Shown piece after piece: positions 7,713 to 17,776 of a DNA stretch of 64,000 nucleotides (position 1 is its first letter; every line of letters begins with the position of its first letter). The notes beneath the pieces were generated by a model. The model ran no database searches, was not told the origin of the DNA, and was given only the letters and a program-made list of their open reading frames with translations. Location of the stretch: the NCBI GenBank assembly GCA_016871315.1, contig VFZE01000018.1, positions 35,699 to 99,698 on the forward strand, written 5' to 3'. This DNA is from Acidimicrobiia bacterium. GTDB taxonomy: Bacteria; Acidobacteriota; Terriglobia; Bryobacterales; Bryobacteraceae. Made by a program: the position numbers and the translations under genes.

Positions 7713-10046
7713 TCAGTTCCCGCGGATCGGCGGGGCGCGGAAGGCGATTTCGCCGACCTTGACTTGGAAGATGTTCTGGCTTGGGGAGGGGCCGAGACGG
7801 ACGCGTGCTTGCCAGAGGCCGGGGAAAAGATGGTCGATCGAATCGATGGATTCCACCGAACCGCCGCCGGAGACGACGGTCACCTCGGGCATGATCTCGC
7901 GGAGGGTGACGCCGGAGGGATCGGAGATGCGGAAGCGGAAGGTGGTTGTGGCGTTGATGCCCGCGGTGGCAGATACGTTGAAGAAAGTGACGAAGCCGGG
8001 GTTGGGATTGATAATGGCGTGCCAGTAGGGGACCCGCGCGGCGGCATCGCCGAAGGTCCCTCGGATGCTGAGGATGCCCTGATAAGCGCCAGAGGGAAGA
8101 TCGCCGCCGGGCCAGCGGACCTCGATGGTCTTGCTGGAGCCTGGGGCGAGCGGGAACGAGTTTTCCTGGGGTTCTGGTGTCGGGCCGTCGCCGAAAGACT
8201 GCGGTGTGATGGTGAAGGTGTCGGCAGCGGTACCGAGGTTGGTGATGGTGAGTTGGCGGGACGGGGTGGTGGACCCAGTGGCGGCGCCGAAGCTGAGTGA
8301 GGCGGGAAACACTGCCGCGGGCAGATCGAGCGATGTGGCGAGGTTGAGGATGCCGGCGCCGGCCTGCTGCACCGGGGTCGGCCTTTCATTTTCGAGCGGA
8401 ATCGGGCGGGCGGCATTGATGAGCAGGGAGCGGTACTGACGCTGCGTGAGACCGGGCCGGGCGGCTTTCACCAGAGCCGCTCCGCCGGCGACGATGGGGG
8501 AAGCGAAGCTGGTTCCGTCGACTACGGCGTAGCCGGAGGGATCGAACACTTCGCCTTGGCGGTTGGTGTCTTGCGCTGCGGTGTAGAGCTCCTCGCCGAC
8601 GGCAAGCAGATCGGGCTGGATGGCGAGATTATCGGAAGGGCCGCGGCTGGAGAACGGGCTCACGTCGATGAAGTCGAGCGGGAATGGAGCGCCCTGAAAG
8701 CGGAGTGTGGCTCCCGGCTCGGCATTCTCGGCGAGGAAGGCCTTCACGCGGACGCCGTCGGGATTGGAGATCATCATCGCCGGCAGAAGAGCTTCGCCAA
8801 CGCTCATGATAGATGGCGGCCGGTCATCGGTGTAGACAATCGCTCCAAGGGCTCCTGCGCGGTTGGCGTTATTCAGCTTCTCCTCAAACGTGCAGGTTCC
8901 CCGAAGAATGAGCGCGACCTTGCCGGCCAGGCTGGAAGCGGGAAATGGCAGGCATGCCTGCCCATCCCTGTCGAGAGAGGCGACGTCGGCCAGTGGCGCG
9001 GTGAGAGGTTCCACGGGAAGGGGAGCAGCCGCGGGAATGGCGGCGATGGGAGCAAGATCGGCTACGGTGAAGGTGGAAATGAGAAGCCGGTCATTGATGT
9101 GCGAGCCGACGGAAATGATGGAGGGAGCTCCACTAGGAGAGCTGGTGGTGTTGGGGTTGGGCCCGCTGTTCCCGGCCGATTTGACGACTATCACGCCGGC
9201 CTGGGCTGCGCGCTCCACCGCCCGTACCGTGGCATCTTCTTCCGGACGCGGGGCGGGCAGTATGCCGAGGCTGATATTGATGACATCCATGCCATCGGAG
9301 ACGGCGTCGTCGATAGCGCGGATCACGACGTCCGAGCGCGTCGAGCCTCCGCTGGCGCCGGCGAAAACCTTGTAGTTTCCGAGAAACGCCTTCGGAGCGA
9401 CGCCGGAGATTTCACCGAACGGCGCCTTGTGCAGGATACCGGCGGCGGCCATGGCCACACCTGTGCCGTGGCCGATCTGGTCCCTTGGGTTAGGTTCAGA
9501 CAGGCCGTCGAGCAGGTTTTCGTAGCTGCGGGCGACGATCACCTTGGAACTGGTGGCGCCGAGGTCGGATTCCCGGTTGCCCTTAGGGAAGCCCTGAGGA
9601 ACGGAGAGCGAATCGTCATGGAAGCCGGGATGGTCGGGATTGATGCCGGTATCGATGATGCCGATCTTGATGCCGGCGCCGGCCCGTTCGTGGCCGCCGA
9701 TGCGTGTCCAGGCGTCGCGCCCGCCGGCCAGCCGGACGGCGCTATCGAGTTCGAGCTTCATCTCGTACACGCGGTAGACCCTGGAGACGCCGGGCAGCGT
9801 CGCGAGCGCGGCCATATCGTCATGGGGCATGCGGACGACAACGGCGTTCATGACATTGTCGATCGAATGGATGACCTCACCGCGGGCTTGCTCAATGGCC
9901 AGCCGGAGGGTCTGCGAGAATGCCTGCCGCGTGGCCGCGCGCGCCGGCTCATCCATCTCCAGGATGAACATGCCCGGGATTTCCTGGGCGCCCAGGGGCA
10001 ACAACAGAACGGACAGAAGAAATAGAAAAACCCGTGGCAAGGACAT
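7713..10046 (-). CDS. S8 family (subtilisin-like) serine peptidase with I9 propeptide and PA-domain insert
   Basis: Signal peptide. Catalytic triad boxes IIDTGINPDHPGF (Asp), GHGTGVAMAAAG (His) and DGTSFASPIVAGGAAL (Ser). A PA-like insert lies between His and Ser. Confidence 0.9.
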   Translation of the reverse strand: MSLPRVFLFLLSVLLLPLGAQEIPGMFILEMDEPARAATRQAFSQTLRLAIEQARGEVIHSIDNVMNAVVVRMPHDDMAALATLPGVSRVYRVYEMKLELDSAVRLAGGRDAWTRIGGHERAGAGIKIGIIDTGINPDHPGFHDDSLSVPQGFPKGNRESDLGATSSKVIVARSYENLLDGLSEPNPRDQIGHGTGVAMAAAGILHKAPFGEISGVAPKAFLGNYKVFAGASGGSTRSDVVIRAIDDAVSDGMDVINISLGILPAPRPEEDATVRAVERAAQAGVIVVKSAGNSGPNPNTTSSPSGAPSIISVGSHINDRLLISTFTVADLAPIAAIPAAAPLPVEPLTAPLADVASLDRDGQACLPFPASSLAGKVALILRGTCTFEEKLNNANRAGALGAIVYTDDRPPSIMSVGEALLPAMMISNPDGVRVKAFLAENAEPGATLRFQGAPFPLDFIDVSPFSSRGPSDNLAIQPDLLAVGEELYTAAQDTNRQGEVFDPSGYAVVDGTSFASPIVAGGAALVKAARPGLTQRQYRSLLINAARPIPLENERPTPVQQAGAGILNLATSLDLPAAVFPASLSFGAATGSTTPSRQLTITNLGTAADTFTITPQSFGDGPTPEPQENSFPLAPGSSKTIEVRWPGGDLPSGAYQGILSIRGTFGDAAARVPYWHAIINPNPGFVTFFNVSATAGINATTTFRFRISDPSGVTLREIMPEVTVVSGGGSVESIDSIDHLFPGLWQARVRLGPSPSQNIFQVKVGEIAFRAPPIRGN

Positions 10047-10054
10047 CGGATCAA

Positions 10055-13000
10055 TTACTCAATCGGCAGTGTAGCGACTTTCGATGAGACTCCGTTGACG
10101 GTTACCACAACCGGCTGGAAACCGGATGGGGCGTCGGCGGGCACCCGAACGTTGATTTGATACAGACCAACGAAGAACGGTGCTAGGCCGCTGAAAATCA
10201 CCTCTGCCGGGCGTCCTCCGATGGTCACTTCCGCTAAAACCCGGTTGCGGGCCAAAGGTTCCGCCGGGGAGGGCTCACCCGTGAGCGGTGCGTTGTCCAC
10301 TGGACCTAACCCGTTTGCAAACAATTGGATGAACTGGCCGCGGCGGGCCTGGTTGGAGGGAGTGACAAGCCGGAACTGCTGGTCCTGCGCGGCCCCCAAA
10401 AGCCGGCCGGAACCCGAGTCGGTGTATTCAAACAACCCCGGAGAGAAATCGTTGAGCGGGAGCGTATAGACGGCGCTGGAAACATCGCCGATGCTCACCT
10501 TTAGAAGAGCCGAATTTAACCCTTGTAACTGCCAGGGGACCTGGACGTTGATTTGCGATTCGCTGACGAAGTGGATGCGGCCCGGCAGGCTGAGGCGGCG
10601 CTCGGGGACGTCGAAGCTGACGCTGACGTTGGCGAGGGACAGCGGCAGCGAAGAGGTTATGGCCGTGCGCAGGGATTCCGAGAGATTCCGGCCGAAGATC
10701 GAGACGTAACTGCCCGGTGCGACGCCGCGGCCGACCACTCCGCTGGCGGCGTTGACAACGCCGTCGGTGCGGATGATGGGCACCAGGCGGGAGCGGCCAA
10801 AGAAACTGAGCGTCAGGCCGGCGGCCTCGGCGCTGAACTCCTGCTCGCCGAGGGCGGGGCCGAGGAAGGCGAGCGCATCGGCGATGCCGAGCGAATCGGT
10901 GCGGTCCAGTCCGGTGTCGATGAACCCGCCGCCCCGCACGGCACGAAAGCGGACCGGCACGTTGGCGACGGGCGCGCCGAAGCGGTCGGTGAGTTTAAAG
11001 GCGAGACGGAGACTGGCCTCCACAGGGCGGACAAAATCAAAACCGCGCAGAGGAAGCGCGTTGTCAGAGGTATTCTCCGGAACGATGAAAAGGTAAGGGA
11101 CCCGGAGTTCAACCGGGCCTCCGGTGACGACGACGCGGCCCGAATAGAGACCCGGCTGCGGGCGCGAGCCGTCGATACGCGCGGTGATCTGGCGCGCGGT
11201 CTGCGCCGCAAGGTTGAAGTTCGACTCGGTAAGCACGACACGCGCGGCCGCGGAGGTGGTGACGGCCTGCACTTCCAGGCGCAGAGCGAGTGCGGTGGTT
11301 CCGTGGTTGTTAAGGCGGAAGTTGAGCGCCGGCAGAGCGGCGGTGGTGAGCAGGCCGAAGGAGAGGGTCGAGGGCTCGGCGGTGACGGTGGTGCGCGCCG
11401 GGCCTGAGGCGTCCAGTTTTCCTGCTCCGGCGGCCAGCACGCTGGCGGGCACAACACGGTCGTTCTGATCGATATCGGACAGGCGCGTGGAGGCGGTGTT
11501 CACGACCGCCGATTTCACCTGTTCAGGCACTGCATTGCGGAAGCGCTGCTTGAACAGCGCAGCTGCTCCGGCCGCCATAGGGGCGGAGAAACTGGTCCCT
11601 TGCGTGGCAATGTAGCCGTCGGCGCTGTACATGTCGCCATTCGGATCAAAGCGCTGCGTTGCCGTGTAGATTTCCTGGCCGACTGCGACCACTTCCGGTT
11701 TAATAGCGCCGCCGCCGATGGAGGGGCCATATGAGGAGAAAAAGGCGACGAAGTCCGCATCCTGTGCCAGGGGGCGGAGAGCGGGGTCGATGGTGGCTTG
11801 GGCAGAGGCGTTGGAGGCGATGAACTGCTGGAGGGCTTTTCCGGCAGTGGAGCCGATCATAAGGGTGGGGATGGCGGTTTCGAAGAGGCCGGTGGGGGGG
11901 AAGAGGAAATCGGCGCCGTCGCGTTGCTGGATCATGACCGCGGCGGCTCCGGCGCGCTGGGCGTTCTGGACCTTCGTGACAAAGGTGCAGTCGCCGCGCT
12001 GGATCAGAGCGATGGCGCCGCTGAGCGAGTTATTGGCCAACGGAGAGCAGGCGCGCCCCTCGTCCTGCATGGCGGCGACGTCACGAATGGGGGCGGTGAG
12101 AGGGGTGGCCGGGCGTGGACCGTTACCGAACAAAGCGGAGATCTGCGAAATCGCCGCGCCGCCACCGGGAACGCGCACGGAGAAGACGTAACGTTGGGAG
12201 TTTGTGGAGGCTCCGACTGTCAGAGCGGAGGGGGCGGTGCCGGGAGTGTGTATGGAATTGAACGTGGGGGCAAAGAGGCCGATGTCGCCGTCGTTGCCCG
12301 CCGAGATGACGACCGTAGCGCCGCGCCGGACGGCGTTTTCCACCGCGTCGGCGCGCGGGTCGCAGGCGCGCCCGGAAGGCAAGTTGCAGGCGGCGCCTCG
12401 GTCCGCGGGGCTCCAGATGGCGGGGCTGCCGAGCGACATGACGATGATGTCCATGTTGTCGTTGACGGCGTCGTCCAGCGCGGCGATGATCGCGTCGTCG
12501 AAGGTGACGTCATTCACGCCGGGCGAGCCGAAAATCTTGTAGTTGCCCAGGTAAGCCTTGGGCGCAATGCCGGAAAGCGCGCCGAGCGGCGACGTGTGGC
12601 GGACGCCGGCGGCGACCATGGCGGTGGCGGTCCCGTGGCCGACGCGGTCGCGCGGGGAGAGATCGTCGGGGCGCGAGAAGCGCGGCTCATCAGGCAAAAC
12701 GAGAATTTCGACATAGCTGCGCGCGGCGATGACTTTCGAATTGGTGAACTGGCAATCTTCACCGCGGCAGCGGGGAAAGCCGGCGGGTATGGAAAGGGAG
12801 GGGTCGCGGAATGCGGCATGCTCGTGATCGATGCCTGTGTCAAGGACCGCGATGCGGACCCCGGCTCCGGCATTGGCCTCCCCACCGACAGCTTGCCAGG
12901 CCTGGGCGGTGTTAACGAGCTCCGTGGCGCGAACCATGTGGCGCTTGACGGGCTCCATCGGGACCACGCGCGCCACCCCGGGAAGCGTAGCCAGCCATAC

Positions 13001-13297
13001 CGCATCGTCAGCAGTGGATGCGGCAACGAAGACGGCGTTCAGGACCGTCTGGACGGAGCCTGTGACCGTCAACTTGCGCTGTCCAATGGCCTCGATCAGC
13101 CTCGATTGGGCGGCCTTGAGACGCGCCAAATGGTCGGCCTGAGCGGCGGCTGCGGAGGGCTTGGAGGAGCCTAAGTCCAAGGCAGCCAGTGGCCGATCTT
13201 CGAGAATGAGGGTGAACCTGGCGCCGCGGTCCTGGGCGGACACAAGGGCCGGAACTAGTGCGAACAAGGCGAAGAATCGAAGGAGCATAGGCATCAC
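10055..13297 (-). CDS. S8 family serine peptidase with I9 propeptide, PA insert and Solibacter-type C-terminal domain (TIGR03437-like)
   Basis: Catalytic boxes VLDTGIDHEHAAF, GHGTATAMVAAG and QGTSFSAPMAAGAAAL. The C-terminus ...GLYQINVRVPADAPSG...VTVNGVSSKVATLPIE is the recurring acidobacterial C-terminal module. Start is GTG 13297 or ATG 13294. Confidence 0.9.
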   Translation of the reverse strand: MMPMLLRFFALFALVPALVSAQDRGARFTLILEDRPLAALDLGSSKPSAAAAQADHLARLKAAQSRLIEAIGQRKLTVTGSVQTVLNAVFVAASTADDAVWLATLPGVARVVPMEPVKRHMVRATELVNTAQAWQAVGGEANAGAGVRIAVLDTGIDHEHAAFRDPSLSIPAGFPRCRGEDCQFTNSKVIAARSYVEILVLPDEPRFSRPDDLSPRDRVGHGTATAMVAAGVRHTSPLGALSGIAPKAYLGNYKIFGSPGVNDVTFDDAIIAALDDAVNDNMDIIVMSLGSPAIWSPADRGAACNLPSGRACDPRADAVENAVRRGATVVISAGNDGDIGLFAPTFNSIHTPGTAPSALTVGASTNSQRYVFSVRVPGGGAAISQISALFGNGPRPATPLTAPIRDVAAMQDEGRACSPLANNSLSGAIALIQRGDCTFVTKVQNAQRAGAAAVMIQQRDGADFLFPPTGLFETAIPTLMIGSTAGKALQQFIASNASAQATIDPALRPLAQDADFVAFFSSYGPSIGGGAIKPEVVAVGQEIYTATQRFDPNGDMYSADGYIATQGTSFSAPMAAGAAALFKQRFRNAVPEQVKSAVVNTASTRLSDIDQNDRVVPASVLAAGAGKLDASGPARTTVTAEPSTLSFGLLTTAALPALNFRLNNHGTTALALRLEVQAVTTSAAARVVLTESNFNLAAQTARQITARIDGSRPQPGLYSGRVVVTGGPVELRVPYLFIVPENTSDNALPLRGFDFVRPVEASLRLAFKLTDRFGAPVANVPVRFRAVRGGGFIDTGLDRTDSLGIADALAFLGPALGEQEFSAEAAGLTLSFFGRSRLVPIIRTDGVVNAASGVVGRGVAPGSYVSIFGRNLSESLRTAITSSLPLSLANVSVSFDVPERRLSLPGRIHFVSESQINVQVPWQLQGLNSALLKVSIGDVSSAVYTLPLNDFSPGLFEYTDSGSGRLLGAAQDQQFRLVTPSNQARRGQFIQLFANGLGPVDNAPLTGEPSPAEPLARNRVLAEVTIGGRPAEVIFSGLAPFFVGLYQINVRVPADAPSGFQPVVVTVNGVSSKVATLPIE

Positions 13298-13417
13298 GAT
13301 GAAAAGGACGCGGGCCGGAAGAGGTCAGTTTCGAGGGTGACTAAGGGGTTCGACGCGGTCACGAAGATCGAAAATTAACAAATCTATTCGATGCTATCAC
13401 TTTCCGATCTTTTTCGT

Positions 13418-13446
13418 TTGCCGCAAACCGCCTTCTATGGTAATAT
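13418..13446 (+). promoter_or_regulatory. candidate sigma70-type promoter for the RRM protein gene
   Basis: TTGCCG-17 nt-TAATAT in the AT-rich divergent intergenic region, about 105 nt upstream of the ATG. Confidence 0.35.
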
Positions 13447-13552
13447 AGGAACGCTTTCGATGGACCGCATTCCCACGCGTTCCAAACACTACCCCAGGTC
13501 AAACGGCCCGAGGAGTGTCACAACCAGGCATGGAGAGTAGAACAGACCACGA

Positions 13553-13963
13553 ATGAGTTTCACTGTCTTTCTCGGAAATCTACCGGTCTGGGTGACTTCG
13601 GACGACATCAAGAGTTGGCTGACCGCCGAGAATCTTGTTGCCGACAACATTAAAGTCATCCGGAACCCGGAAACGCAGGAGTCCAAAGGCTTCGCTTTTA
13701 TCGAAGCCCCCAACCAGGATGAGATGGATTCCATCATCCGCCGATTTGACCGTGCACCGCTGGAGGACCGCCTGCTGCGGGCCAATCCGGCGCAGCCCCC
13801 CAAGGGTAAGCGCGGACCGGGTCAGGCCTCGGCGCCGGCGGAAAGGCCGCAGCGGCGCCGGCGGCCGGGCGGCGATGGCCCAGCGCGTCCCCAGCGTGAA
13901 CGCAACACCGGCGGCGGCGGTCCGCAAAGTGCATTCGCAGAAGAACTGGCCAAAGCACTCTAA
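13553..13963 (+). CDS. RRM-type RNA-binding protein with Arg/Gly/Pro-rich tail
   Basis: RNP-2-like VFLGNL and RNP-1 KGFAFIEA. The C-terminal tail is low-complexity and rich in R, G and P. Confidence 0.8.
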   Translation: MSFTVFLGNLPVWVTSDDIKSWLTAENLVADNIKVIRNPETQESKGFAFIEAPNQDEMDSIIRRFDRAPLEDRLLRANPAQPPKGKRGPGQASAPAERPQRRRRPGGDGPARPQRERNTGGGGPQSAFAEELAKAL

Positions 13964-14120
13964 TCCCCTCCCCATGCCCTAACGGGCGGCTCTTTCCGGC
14001 GAAGGCACAGGAGTGACCCGCCCAATAAATCTTTTCCCAACAGAGGAATCCGGTGATATACTCGTTGCCGGGACTAATTATTTTCTGTACTTGCGTCTGC
14101 GCGCTTGAGTCCCGGGGAGA

Positions 14121-15209
14121 ATGTCAGCAATGGCCGACCTCGTCCTAATCCGGGCATTGTTCATTGTGCTGCTGGCGTGTGCCGCCTATTTTCTACGGCC
14201 TTTTCAATTAGATGAACAAGTGTCCGCGGCCGCGGGCGGCGCCAGCGGGCTGCTCATCGTCCTGTTTGAGATGCGCCTGAAACAGGTGAGCCTGAAGCGC
14301 CTGATCGGGGCGGCGTTTGGGTCCGTACTGGGGATTCTGGGCGCGTTTCTGATTTCCCTCGTGCTGGTGCAGGCGCTGGGCAAGGAATCGACAACCATCT
14401 CCTTCCTGCAAATCCTGCTGCTCATGCTGATGACCTACGTTGGGCTGATCGTCGGCGCCAATAAGGGTGACATGCTGAACCTGGCGGCGCTGGGAGGCCT
14501 GTTCGGCGGGGAGAAGTCCGGCAAGCAGCCGTTCAAGATTCTTGACACAAGCGTCATTATTGATGGCCGCATTGCCGACATCGCGGAAACGGGCTTCCTG
14601 GACGGCGTGCTGGTGATTCCGCAGTTCGTGCTACGTGAGCTGCAGCTGGTGGCCGATTCGGCCGATTCCGCCAAGCGCAACCGCGGCCGGCGGGGCCTGG
14701 ACATTCTACAGCGCATCCAGAAGATGCCGGACCTGAACGTGCAAATCCTCGAGGATGATTTCCCGCACGTGCGCGAAGTGGACATGAAACTGATCGAGCT
14801 CGCAAAGCTGTACGACTGCAAGATCGTGACCAACGACTTCAACCTGAACAAGGTGGCGCAGTTGCACGGCGTGGATGTGCTGAATATTAATGAGCTGGCC
14901 AACGCGCTGAAGCCGATTGTTCTGCCGGGCGAGACCATGCGCGTGTTCATCTTGAAAGAGGGGAAGGAATACAACCAGGGCGTGGCGTACCTGGACGACG
15001 GGACCATGGTGGTGGTCGACAACGCCAAACGCCTGATCTCGAAAACGATCGATATTACGGTAACCAGCGTGCTTCAGACGACGGCGGGCAAGATGATCTT
15101 CGGCAAGTACGATGAGAGATCGCAAGGCCAGCATGAGCGGCATTCCCAGCCGGAGCGGGGCGAGAAGGCCAGGGAGCAGGCCGCGGCCGCCACACCACCG
15201 TCGACATAA
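14121..15209 (+). CDS. PIN/TRAM domain protein (YacL-like) with N-terminal membrane helices
   Basis: Three or four N-terminal hydrophobic helices. PIN signature [12 protein letters not shown]...[11 protein letters not shown]...[14 protein letters not shown]-like C-terminus. The classical position upstream of ispD-ispF. Confidence 0.8.
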   Translation: MSAMADLVLIRALFIVLLACAAYFLRPFQLDEQVSAAAGGASGLLIVLFEMRLKQVSLKRLIGAAFGSVLGILGAFLISLVLVQALGKESTTISFLQILLLMLMTYVGLIVGANKGDMLNLAALGGLFGGEKSGKQPFKILDTSVIIDGRIADIAETGFLDGVLVIPQFVLRELQLVADSADSAKRNRGRRGLDILQRIQKMPDLNVQILEDDFPHVREVDMKLIELAKLYDCKIVTNDFNLNKVAQLHGVDVLNINELANALKPIVLPGETMRVFILKEGKEYNQGVAYLDDGTMVVVDNAKRLISKTIDITVTSVLQTTAGKMIFGKYDERSQGQHERHSQPERGEKAREQAAAATPPST

Positions 15210-15238
15210 AGGATGCCTGCTACACAATCCAGACAGCT

Positions 15239-15970
15239 ATGAAAGTTTCCGTCATTATTCCCGCCGCCGGGCTGGGAACGCGGATGAACCGCCGCGGCTC
15301 GGCGCAGACCTCCGGCACCAGCCGGAAGCAGTTCATGCAGCTGGACAAGTCGCCGATCCTCCTGCACACAATCCGGAAGTTTGTTTCCAGCCGCTCCGTG
15401 ACCGAGATCGTGGTGGCCACGCGGCAGGAAGACATCGGCTGGGTCCAGGAGCTGATGGCGAAGGAGAAGCCTGGCAAGCCTGTGCGTGTGGTGGAGGGCG
15501 GCGGCAGCCGGCAGCAGTCCGTCGAAAACGCGCTGGCGGCCGTGGCCCCGGACGTGGATCTGGTGGCGGTGCACGACGCTGTGCGGCCGTTCATCGACGA
15601 GGCAACAATCGAGAAGGTGATCGCGGAGGCGGCTGAAGGCGGCGCGGCAATCGTGGGGATCGTGCCGGTGGACACCGTGAAACAGGTGCAGCGGAACCGC
15701 ATCCGGACCACCATTCCGCGGGAGCGGTTGGTGCTGGCGCAGACGCCCCAGGTCTTCCGCCACTCCCTGCTTCGCGAGGCCTTCCAGCGGGCGCGCGAGG
15801 ATCATTTTGTGGGAACCGACGAAGCAAGCCTGGTGGAGCGGCTGGACCGCGTGGAGGTGAAGGTTGTTGTCGGCAGCGACCGCAATATCAAGATCACCAA
15901 ACCGAGCGATATGGAGCTGGCAAGGCTATACCAGGCGCAAGAAGCGATGTCGAGAAAGGCGAGCTCATGA
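15239..15970 (+). CDS. ispD: 2-C-methyl-D-erythritol 4-phosphate cytidylyltransferase
   Basis: VIIPAAGLGTRM P-loop-like motif, GGSRQQSV and AVHDAVRPF. Overlaps ispF by ATGA. Confidence 0.9.
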   Translation: MKVSVIIPAAGLGTRMNRRGSAQTSGTSRKQFMQLDKSPILLHTIRKFVSSRSVTEIVVATRQEDIGWVQELMAKEKPGKPVRVVEGGGSRQQSVENALAAVAPDVDLVAVHDAVRPFIDEATIEKVIAEAAEGGAAIVGIVPVDTVKQVQRNRIRTTIPRERLVLAQTPQVFRHSLLREAFQRAREDHFVGTDEASLVERLDRVEVKVVVGSDRNIKITKPSDMELARLYQAQEAMSRKASS

Positions 15971-16464
15971 GCGAATACAGAAGCGGCACTGGCTGGGATA
16001 CGCACCGCACGGCGAAGGGACGGCCACTGATCATCGGCGGTGTCCGCATCGAGAGCGACTTCGGCCTGGAGGGCCATTCCGACGCCGATGTCCTGTCTCA
16101 CGCGATCACTGACGCCTTGCTCGGCGCAGCGGCCCAGGGCGATATCGGCATGCACTTCCCTGACACCGATCCGAAATGGAAGAACGCCGACAGCCTGCAG
16201 ATGCTGCATCATGCCGTCCAAGTGGTGCATCTGGCCGGCTATCAGCTGGCCAGCGTGGATGCCACGGTGATTCTGGAGCGCCCGAAACTGGCCGCCTACC
16301 GCGCGCCGATCCGCGAGAAGCTCTCCGAAACGCTCGGCATCCCGAAGGAGCTTGTCTCGGTGAAGTTCAAGACGGCGGAAGGCCTGGGCCCGGTGGGGGA
16401 AGGCAAATCGGCCGAAGCCCAAGCGGTGGCGACGATCCAGCGCAGGCCGGGATACAATCGGTAG
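15967..16464 (+). CDS. ispF: 2-C-methyl-D-erythritol 2,4-cyclodiphosphate synthase
   Basis: GWDTHR...GHSDADVLSHAITDALLGAAAQGDIGMHFPDTDPKWKNADS is near-canonical for IspF. Confidence 0.95.
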   Translation: MSEYRSGTGWDTHRTAKGRPLIIGGVRIESDFGLEGHSDADVLSHAITDALLGAAAQGDIGMHFPDTDPKWKNADSLQMLHHAVQVVHLAGYQLASVDATVILERPKLAAYRAPIREKLSETLGIPKELVSVKFKTAEGLGPVGEGKSAEAQAVATIQRRPGYNR

Positions 16465-16483
16465 GCAAGAGGGGTTTCAACGA

Positions 16484-17776
16484 ATGACCAACCGCCTGTG
16501 GATTCTCCTGATCTGTGTTTTGACGGCTGGCTCGGCCAAAGCGGAAGTGACTTTTGCGCGCGAAGTGTCGCGTATCCTGCAGGCCAAATGCGCGCAGTGC
16601 CACCGTCCGAACGACATTGCGCCCTTCGCTCTGAATGCCTTTGAAGCGGTGCTCGACTGGAAGGATGACATCCGGCGTGTGGTGAGCGAGCGCACGATGC
16701 CGCCCTGGAAGCCCGTGGATGGCCACGGGGAATTCCGCGGCAATTTCGGACTTACCGAACAAGAGCGGAATCAGATTATCGAGTGGATCGACGCCGGTGC
16801 GCCGTTTGGCGATGAGGCGGACCTGCCGGAGCCCTTGCCGGACACCGGTGAATGGGTTTTAGGCGAACCGGACTTGGTGCTGGAAATGCCGGAAGCCTAC
16901 ACGCCGCCGCGCGGCCAGGACATGTACCGCTGCTTCGTTCTGCCGACCGATTCCGACTTGAACCGGTTCGTGAGTGCGGTGGACATACTGCCCGGCAACC
17001 GGCGCTACGTACACCACGTGATCCTGTATCTGGACTCCAGCGGAGTGGCGGAAAAACTCGACGCCGATGAAGAGGGGCCTGGCTATACCTGCTTCGGCGG
17101 ACCACGGACGCCGGTGGCTGCCGATGCTTCGCTCAGCGCCCTGCTGGGCAACGGGATTGGCCTGGGAGGATGGGCGCCCGGTACGCGCCCCACTCCGCTA
17201 CCGGACGGCGTGGGCATGCACCTGCCTCCGAAGGCGCGCATTGTGATGCAGGTTCACTATTACGCGCGCGGCGGGACGGGTCCGGATCAGACAAAAGTGG
17301 GATTGTACTTCTCCAAGGGGAAAGTGGAGAAGCGGCTGATGTTCATTCCAATCGTCCCGCTCGACAGCCTGGGACGCGTGAGCATGCGCATTCCCGCCGG
17401 AGCCGATAATCACGAGATCAAGGCGGAATTCCTCGTACCGCCATTATTGGATGCGCACCTGGTAAATATCTTTCCGCACATGCATCTGCTCGGCAAAGAG
17501 ATCAAGTCCGAAGTGGTGCGTTTGAACGGGCGCGTCACGCCGCTGGTCTACATTGACAAGTGGGACTTCAACTGGCAAGGCGCCTACAGCTACAAGGAAC
17601 AGATTCCGCTGCCGGCATTCTCGCGCATCCGGCTGAGTTGCACCTACGATAATTCGGAAAACAATCCGCGCAACCCGAGCAATCCGTTGAAGACCGTCAC
17701 TTGGGGCGAAGGGACCGAGGACGAGATGTGCCTTGTCTTCCTTGGTCTCACTTTCGACCGCGAGCGGTTGCAGTAA
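16484..17776 (+). CDS. secreted haem-c (CXXCH) domain fused to a PHM/DBH-like type II copper monooxygenase domain
   Basis: Signal peptide and CAQCH at aa 36-40. Candidate CuH ligands HHVILY plus VHYY. Candidate CuM ligands HMHLLG plus EMCLVF. Order and spacing match peptidylglycine/dopamine-beta monooxygenase folds. Confidence 0.7.
   Translation: MTNRLWILLICVLTAGSAKAEVTFAREVSRILQAKCAQCHRPNDIAPFALNAFEAVLDWKDDIRRVVSERTMPPWKPVDGHGEFRGNFGLTEQERNQIIEWIDAGAPFGDEADLPEPLPDTGEWVLGEPDLVLEMPEAYTPPRGQDMYRCFVLPTDSDLNRFVSAVDILPGNRRYVHHVILYLDSSGVAEKLDADEEGPGYTCFGGPRTPVAADASLSALLGNGIGLGGWAPGTRPTPLPDGVGMHLPPKARIVMQVHYYARGGTGPDQTKVGLYFSKGKVEKRLMFIPIVPLDSLGRVSMRIPAGADNHEIKAEFLVPPLLDAHLVNIFPHMHLLGKEIKSEVVRLNGRVTPLVYIDKWDFNWQGAYSYKEQIPLPAFSRIRLSCTYDNSENNPRNPSNPLKTVTWGEGTEDEMCLVFLGLTFDRERLQ

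Noticed and set aside
8556-13174. Long plus-strand ORFs at 8556-10025 (489 aa), 10553-11407 and 11798-13174 (458 aa)
   Set aside because: They are antisense shadows of the two S8 peptidase genes. The translations are Gly/Arg/Ala-rich with no motifs, whereas the minus-strand frames carry complete catalytic triads.
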